Shown: one piece after another, positions 39,596 through 44,787 of the stretch | Layout: every line of letters starts with the position of its first letter | Position numbering within the stretch: position 1 is the first letter of the stretch | NCBI GenBank assembly: GCA_036149055.1 | Contig: JAYZQJ010000160.1 | Location: forward strand, 1 to 44,787 | Origin: Myxococcota bacterium | GTDB lineage: Bacteria > Myxococcota_A > Polyangia > Polyangiales > Sandaracinaceae | Direction: 5' to 3' | DNA length: 44,787 bases | Notes under the pieces: model-generated | Seen by the model: the letters and a program-made list of their open reading frames with translations, nothing else | Told to the model about the DNA's origin: nothing | The model's database searches: none | Translations under genes and position numbers: made by a program

Positions 39596-41575
39596 TTGAA
39601 ACAATCCGTTCTGGCAGCAATCTGTGCGCTGACCGCGCTCGCGCTCGGCTGTGACCCGGCCCCGATGAGCCCCACCACCGACGCGGCGACCGACGCCGCG
39701 ACCGACGCGGCGACCGACGCCGGCGTCGTGGACTCGGGCACGACCCCGCTCGATTCGGGGGTCGATCCGGACTCCGGCCTCGACCGCTGCGCCGACGTGG
39801 ACTGCACCGAGCTCGACGGGCCCTGCACCGTCGGGGAGTGCGATCCCACCGACGGCGCCTGCGTGGCCACCCCGCTCGCCGACGGAACGGCCTGTGACGA
39901 CGGAGATCTCTGCACCACCGCCGACGCGTGCGCGACCGGGCTGTGCGCCGGCGTCGCGGTCGACTGCTCGGCGATGACCGACGGCTGCAACGCGGGGGTC
40001 TGCGACCCGACCGACGGCTCCTGCGGCGCGGTCCCGGTGGCCGACGGCACGAGCTGCGACGACGGCGATCTCTGCACCACGGCCGACGCCTGCGCCGCGG
40101 GCGCCTGCGCCGGCGCGGCGGTCGACTGCTCGGCGCTCGCCGACGGCTGCAACGCGGGGATGTGCGACCCGAGCACCGGCGCCTGCGCCGCGGTGCCTGC
40201 CATGGACGGCACCGTCTGCGACGACGGGGACGGCTGCACCAGCGCCGACGCCTGCACCGCCGGCGTGTGCGGCGGGAGCGCCGTCGACTGCTCCGCGGTC
40301 GCCGACCAGTGCAACGCGGGGGTGTGCAGCGGGGGCGGGTGCAGCGCGTCTCCGCTCCCCGCGGGGACGGCCTGCGACACCGGCAACCTCTGCTCCTGGG
40401 CCGACCGCTGTGACGCCGGCGCGTGCGGCGGATCGGTCGGCGCGTGCGAGGTGATCCGCGTGACGGTGCCCGACGAGGTGGCCACGCCCCTCGGCGGCGG
40501 CCCCGGCGGCGGAGCCTTCGTCGACGACTGCCCGCTCGGCCAGGTCCCGATCGGGCTCGACGCGCGGGTCTCCGCCGGCTTCTACGATCGCATCCTGACC
40601 CAGGTGGCCACGCGCTGTGGCCGCGTCGAGGTCAGCGGCGGCGTGGTCGGCGTCTCGGCCGGCGACCGCGTCCCCGCGACCGGCGGGCGCGGCGGCACGA
40701 CCTCCGGCACCTCGTCGTCGACCACCTGCCCCGCCGACCACGTGGTGGTGGGCTACGGCCTCGAGCGGGCGGGCAACTTCGTCTCGCAGATCACGCTGCG
40801 CTGCGCGCCGCTCACCGTGACCGGGTCCGCCGCCGCCGGCTATGGCCTCTCGGTCGGCGCGCCGGTCTCGGCCGCGCCGATCGGGAGCCGGACCGGCACC
40901 TCGGTCGGCCCCACCGACTGTCCGGCCGGCATGGTCGCGCGCGGCAGCGCCGGGCTCTCGGGCGACGTGCTCGACGCCTACGGGCTGCGCTGCGGCACGC
41001 CGCGCCTCGACCTCGTCACCACCGCGCCGATCGGCGGCGGCGAGACCGGCGGGGAGCGCTTCGACGACTGCCCCGCCGGGCAGGTGCCGGTCTCCGTCAC
41101 CGCGTCGGAGTCCATCGGCTTCTACGCCGGCACGCTCGCCCAGTACTCGATGCAGTGCGGCACCCTCGGCGTCGCCCCCGATGGCGCGGGCGGCTGGACG
41201 ACCTCGATCGGCGCGGGGGACCGGGTCCCGGCCACCGGCGTGCGCGGGGTCTGGACGTTCACGGGCTCGTCGATGACGGCCTCCTGCCCCGCCGGCGAGG
41301 CGGTGGTCGGCGTCTCCGGAGAGGCCGACGGCAACGAGGTCCGGATCGTCACCCTCCGCTGCGCGCCGATCACCGTGACCGGGGACGAGACCGCGGGCTT
41401 CACCGTGAGCTACGGCGCGACCAGCACCGCCACCGTCGGCACGCGGCCGGGCACGGCGTTCGGGCCGCACGACTGCCCGGCGGGCACGATCTCGAGCGGG
41501 TTCCGCATCCGCGCCGGCGAGATCCTCGACGGCATCGCGCTCCGCTGCCGTCACCCCGAGATCAGCGCGCCCTGA
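39596..41575 (+). CDS. Cys-rich-repeat lipoprotein with two tandem beta-prism/lectin-like domains
   Basis: TTG start after GGAGG; ALALG-C lipobox; about four CDDGDLCTTADAC repeats; two collinear ~190-aa domains (GGG..FDDCP.GQVP...LRCAP...DCPAG...LRC). Confidence 0.8.
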   Translation: MKQSVLAAICALTALALGCDPAPMSPTTDAATDAATDAATDAGVVDSGTTPLDSGVDPDSGLDRCADVDCTELDGPCTVGECDPTDGACVATPLADGTACDDGDLCTTADACATGLCAGVAVDCSAMTDGCNAGVCDPTDGSCGAVPVADGTSCDDGDLCTTADACAAGACAGAAVDCSALADGCNAGMCDPSTGACAAVPAMDGTVCDDGDGCTSADACTAGVCGGSAVDCSAVADQCNAGVCSGGGCSASPLPAGTACDTGNLCSWADRCDAGACGGSVGACEVIRVTVPDEVATPLGGGPGGGAFVDDCPLGQVPIGLDARVSAGFYDRILTQVATRCGRVEVSGGVVGVSAGDRVPATGGRGGTTSGTSSSTTCPADHVVVGYGLERAGNFVSQITLRCAPLTVTGSAAAGYGLSVGAPVSAAPIGSRTGTSVGPTDCPAGMVARGSAGLSGDVLDAYGLRCGTPRLDLVTTAPIGGGETGGERFDDCPAGQVPVSVTASESIGFYAGTLAQYSMQCGTLGVAPDGAGGWTTSIGAGDRVPATGVRGVWTFTGSSMTASCPAGEAVVGVSGEADGNEVRIVTLRCAPITVTGDETAGFTVSYGATSTATVGTRPGTAFGPHDCPAGTISSGFRIRAGEILDGIALRCRHPEISAP

Positions 41576-41606
41576 CCCCGAGCGAGCCGATCCGCCGCCC
41601 GAGGGC

Positions 41607-41732
41607 CCCCAGCCCCGTCGCTGGGGTCGCGGGGCCAGCGCGTCAAGCGCGCGAGGCCCCGGCGGGGTCGGGAGGGGGCCCCATTGGCGCTTCGCCCAAT
41701 GGTTGGAGGGTTTGCACCAAACCCTCCAACCA
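41607..41732. repeat. cluster of four hairpins between convergent genes (REP-like element or bidirectional terminator)
   Basis: CCCCAGC/GCTGGGG; GGGGCC..GCGCGT-caa-GCGCGC..GGCCCC; CCATTGG..CCAATGG; perfect 15-bp IR TGGTTGGAGGGTTTG-cac-CAAACCCTCCAACCA (41700-41732). Confidence 0.7.
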
Positions 41733-41734
41733 AG

Positions 41735-42586
41735 TCACCGACAGGCGCCGCCGCGGCAACGCCGTCCGGCGGGGCAGGCGTTGTCGCAGGCGCCGCAGTG
41801 ACGCGGATCGCTCAGGAGGTTGGTGCAGGCGCCGTCGCAGGCGCTGAGGGAGGCGTCGCAGGCCTCGCACGCGCCCGCGACGCAGACCTGATCGCCCGGG
41901 CACGCAGCGTCGCAGGCGCCGCAGTGGGCCGCATCGCGCTCGAGGTCGACGCAGGCCCCGCCGCACCGCGTCGCGTCGCCGCAGTCGGCGCCGCACGCGG
42001 AGTCCACGCAGACCTGTCCGGGGTCGCACGTCACGCCGCACGCCCCGCAGTGATCGGGGTCACCCCGTAGGTCGACGCAGGTCCCATCGCAGCTCGAGTA
42101 GGGCGCCTCGCAGGCGCAGGCTCCCTCGACGCAGGTCTCCCCGCTCGCGCAGCTCGCGCCGCATCCGCCGCAGTGGACGGCGTCGCTCTGGACGTCCACG
42201 CAGGAGCCGCCGCACTCCACCCGCGGCGCGCTGCAACCGCAGCGTCCCCCCTCGCACGCCTCGCCGGCCGCGCAGGCGACTCCACAGGCGCCGCAGTGCA
42301 GCCCGCTCGTGGACAGGTCGACGCACGCCCCGTCGCACGGCGTCGTGCCCTCCGCGCACTCGCCGCCGCAGACGCCGGCGGCGCAGACCTGGTCGGACCC
42401 GCAGGCGTCGCCGCACGCCCCGCAGTGCGCGGGATCGGACGACAGGTCCACGCACACCCCCTCGCACACGGTGCAGCCCGCGTCCTGGCCGCGCCCCAGC
42501 GGAGGTGGCGGGTCCTCCCAGCCGCACGCGCTGGCCACCCCCAGCACGGCGAGGAGCAGCGCGGAGTCTCCCGAGCGGGCCGTCAT
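41735..42586 (-). CDS. lipoprotein made almost entirely of CVDLxxDxxHCGACG (MXAN_6577/STIG1-like) repeats
   Basis: LGVASA-C lipobox followed by six repeats. Confidence 0.85.
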   Translation of the reverse strand: MTARSGDSALLLAVLGVASACGWEDPPPPLGRGQDAGCTVCEGVCVDLSSDPAHCGACGDACGSDQVCAAGVCGGECAEGTTPCDGACVDLSTSGLHCGACGVACAAGEACEGGRCGCSAPRVECGGSCVDVQSDAVHCGGCGASCASGETCVEGACACEAPYSSCDGTCVDLRGDPDHCGACGVTCDPGQVCVDSACGADCGDATRCGGACVDLERDAAHCGACDAACPGDQVCVAGACEACDASLSACDGACTNLLSDPRHCGACDNACPAGRRCRGGACR

Positions 42587-42601
42587 TCGTATGACATACG
42601 A
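42587..42601. promoter_or_regulatory. perfect palindrome TCGTATG-A-CATACGA filling the divergent spacer (candidate operator)
   Basis: AT-rich 7-1-7 inverted repeat between start codons at 42586 (-) and 42601 (+). Confidence 0.45.
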
Positions 42602-44106
42602 TGCCGTGCTCCCTTCGGATACTCCTCGCGCTCGCCTGCGTCGGTTGCGCGTCCGAGCTCGGGCCCTGCGACGAGGTGGCCGCGACCTCGCCGATCTACT
42701 TCGACGAGGGCGGTAACCCGGCCTACCCCGGGCAGGCGCTCACCGACGTCTCGTGCGGCGCGGGGACCTTCTGCCACGCCTCCGGTGTCCCGAGCGAGGA
42801 CCGCTTCGGTGCGCCGGCGACCCTCGACCTCGACGTCGGGGTGGCGCTCGAGCCGGCGGAGCTCGAGCGGCTGAGGCGCGCTCGCCGCGCCGCCTGGAAC
42901 ATGCGGCACGCGGTGTACGAGCAGGTGGCCTCGGGGGCGATGCCGCCGCCTGGCGCGGCCGGGGACACCGCGTTGTCGTCGGCGCCTCGCTATCGGGCGC
43001 ACCTGGGCACCGCGGACGAGCGGGCGCTCCCGCAGATCGCCAGCCCGGAGGGGCTCGAGGTCCTGCGGAACTGGCTGGCCTGCGGCGCGCACGTGATCGA
43101 GGCGACGGAGGGGGAGTCCACGGGGATCGGGGACATCGTCGCGCGAGCCGAGGTCTGCCCCGAGGGTCAGGCGGCGTGCGACGGGGCCTGCGTCGACGTG
43201 CTGGCCGATCCCGCGCGCTGTGGGGGCTGCGGCGTGACCTGCGGCGCCGGCCAGAGCTGCGTCGACGGACGCTGTGCGTGCGACAACGCGCTCGCCGCGT
43301 GCGGCGCCGACTGCGTCGACCTCGAGACCGACGTGGCCCACTGCGGCGCCTGCGGCGAGAGCTGCGGTGCCCGGGTCTGCGCCGGCGCCACCTGCGCGGA
43401 CGCGTGTCCGGCCGAGACGACGGACTGCGGGGGCTCCTGCGTCGATCTCCAGAGCAGCGTGGCCAACTGCGGCGGCTGCGGGAACGCCTGCGGCGCGGGC
43501 GAGGCGTGCGCGGCCGGTACGTGCAGCTGCAGCGCGGGGCTCGAGCGCTGCGCCGGGACCTGCGTCGACCTCCAGAGCAGCGCGGCCCACTGCGGCGCCT
43601 GCGGGGCGGCCTGCGGGGCGGGCGCCGTCTGTCAGGGCGGACGCTGCGGCTGCGGCGCCGGTCTCACCGAGTGCGGCGGCGGCTGCGTGGACGTGTCGAG
43701 CGACCCCGCGCACTGTGGCGGGTGCGGCCGGGCCTGCGCGGCCGGGGAGGGCTGCGTGGACGGGGGCTGCGTGGGCTGCGGGCCGACCGTCTCGTTCGGG
43801 GCCGACGTCGAGCCGGTGCTGATGAACCGGTGCACCGGCTCGGGGTGCCACTCCGGGGGGCGCCCGGCGGCGAGCCTGAGCCTCGAGAGCGGCCGGTCCC
43901 ACGCCGAGCTGGTCGGCGCCCCCGCGAGCTGCGGCGGGCACACGCTCGTCGTTCCCGGTGACGTCGAGGGCAGCTACCTCTGGAGCAAGCTCATCGGCGA
44001 GGGGATGTGCTCCGGGACCCAGATGCCGAAGCGCGGCGAGTCGCTGCCCCCCGCGGAGCTCGACCTGGTGCGGAGCTGGATCTGCCGCGGCGCGCGAGAC
44101 GATTGA
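42601..44106 (+). CDS. Cys-rich-repeat lipoprotein with N- and C-terminal cytochrome c-like domains
   Basis: LACVG-C lipobox; CGAGTFCH...MPP...NWLACGA; five CVDL..HCG repeats; VSFGADVEPVL..CTGSGCH...QMPK...SWICRGA. Confidence 0.75.
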   Translation: MPCSLRILLALACVGCASELGPCDEVAATSPIYFDEGGNPAYPGQALTDVSCGAGTFCHASGVPSEDRFGAPATLDLDVGVALEPAELERLRRARRAAWNMRHAVYEQVASGAMPPPGAAGDTALSSAPRYRAHLGTADERALPQIASPEGLEVLRNWLACGAHVIEATEGESTGIGDIVARAEVCPEGQAACDGACVDVLADPARCGGCGVTCGAGQSCVDGRCACDNALAACGADCVDLETDVAHCGACGESCGARVCAGATCADACPAETTDCGGSCVDLQSSVANCGGCGNACGAGEACAAGTCSCSAGLERCAGTCVDLQSSAAHCGACGAACGAGAVCQGGRCGCGAGLTECGGGCVDVSSDPAHCGGCGRACAAGEGCVDGGCVGCGPTVSFGADVEPVLMNRCTGSGCHSGGRPAASLSLESGRSHAELVGAPASCGGHTLVVPGDVEGSYLWSKLIGEGMCSGTQMPKRGESLPPAELDLVRSWICRGARDD

Positions 44107-44145
44107 CGGCTTGCGCGGGGGCGCCCGGCGCTCAACGGTTCGGCC

Positions 44146-44628
44146 ATGAGCGGCTCCATCTACGACATCGAGGTCGAGACCCTCGACGGAGAGACCAAGA
44201 CGCTGCGGGACTACGAGGGTGAGGTGCTCCTCGTGGTGAACACCGCCAGCCAGTGCGGCTTCACCCCGCAGTACGCGGGCCTCCAGAAGCTGCACGACGC
44301 TCTCCACGACCAGGGCCTTCGCGTCCTCGGCTTCCCCTGCAACCAGTTCGGTCAGCAGGAGCCGGGGGACGCGGGGCAGATCGGGAGCTTCTGCCAGAAG
44401 AACTACGGCGTGAGCTTCCCGATGCACGCCAAGGTCGACGTCAACGGGCCCGAGGCGCACCCGCTCTTCGTCCGGCTGAAGGGCGACAAGAAGGGCCTGC
44501 TCGGCTCGAGCCGCATCAAGTGGAACTTCACCAAGTTCCTCGTCGACCGGAAGGGCAACGTGGTGAAGCGCTACGCGCCGACCACCACGCCGGCCAAGAT
44601 CGAGAAGGACATCCGCGCGCTGCTGTGA
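44146..44628 (+). CDS. gpx: glutathione peroxidase (Cys-type)
   Basis: VNTASQCGFTPQY, LGFPCNQF, KWNFTKFLVD. Confidence 0.96.
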   Translation: MSGSIYDIEVETLDGETKTLRDYEGEVLLVVNTASQCGFTPQYAGLQKLHDALHDQGLRVLGFPCNQFGQQEPGDAGQIGSFCQKNYGVSFPMHAKVDVNGPEAHPLFVRLKGDKKGLLGSSRIKWNFTKFLVDRKGNVVKRYAPTTTPAKIEKDIRALL

Positions 44629-44689
44629 GTTTCGGGGGGGGGGGGGGGGCACCCGCCCCCGCGGGGGGGGCGCGGGGGGGGGGGGGCGG

Positions 44690-44787
44690 GCCGGCGGCGC
44701 GGCCCTCGACGTGGAGGCGCTGACCGCGATCGGCTGGCCCGGCGAGACCATCCTGGAGAAGTCCGCGAGAGCCCGGGTCTATGTCGG
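44690..44787 (+). CDS. partial ORF running off the window; 5' part obscured by poly-G
   Basis: AGGAALDVEALTAIGWPGETILEKSARARVYV resembles a myxobacterial winged-helix-like 'GWPGE...RVYV' domain. Confidence 0.4.

Noticed and set aside
39790..43790. Regularly spaced DNA repeats that could resemble a CRISPR array
   Set aside because: They are degenerate, in-frame codings of Cys-rich protein repeats; no identical repeats with unique spacers and no cas genes.
44635..44690. Long G runs suggesting a G-quadruplex or phase-variable tract
   Set aside because: Near the window end and obscuring an otherwise plausible ORF start; most likely a low-quality poly-G artefact. Needs read inspection.

Overview
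Very GC-rich bacterial DNA, most likely from a myxobacterium (Polyangia/Sandaracinus-like). This is inferred from a MYXO-CTERM motif, many Cys-rich lipoproteins and Asp-Ala-Gly-rich linkers. Bases 1-3984 are a compositionally distinct + strand array of immunity-like genes (DUF2283-like/CdiI-like, Imm50-like, DUF4288) with short toxin/Rhs remnants and a nonsense-interrupted RCC1-repeat lipoprotein. Next, on the - strand, come upp, a nucleotidyltransferase/small-protein pair, a YgiQ radical SAM enzyme and a kinase-CheB/CheR-kinase cassette in which one kinase paralog has degenerate catalytic motifs. A 1113-aa ORF joins a Zn-phospholipase-C-like protein, an internal MYXO-CTERM and a second lipoprotein. 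The rest encodes an ATP-grasp enzyme, a DUF1963 protein, vWA and Cys-rich surface proteins, a GT-C-like membrane protein, an LDI-like barrel, a bacterial HPF1 (DUF2228) homolog, an HNH protein, three Hsp20 genes behind a thermometer-like leader, an esterase, an ATPase-MscS-LMF operon, a CrtD-like desaturase, an atypical cytochrome-c-like lipoprotein and glutathione peroxidase. No rRNA, tRNA, CRISPR array or transposase was recognised. All family calls come from motif recognition by eye, not database searches.
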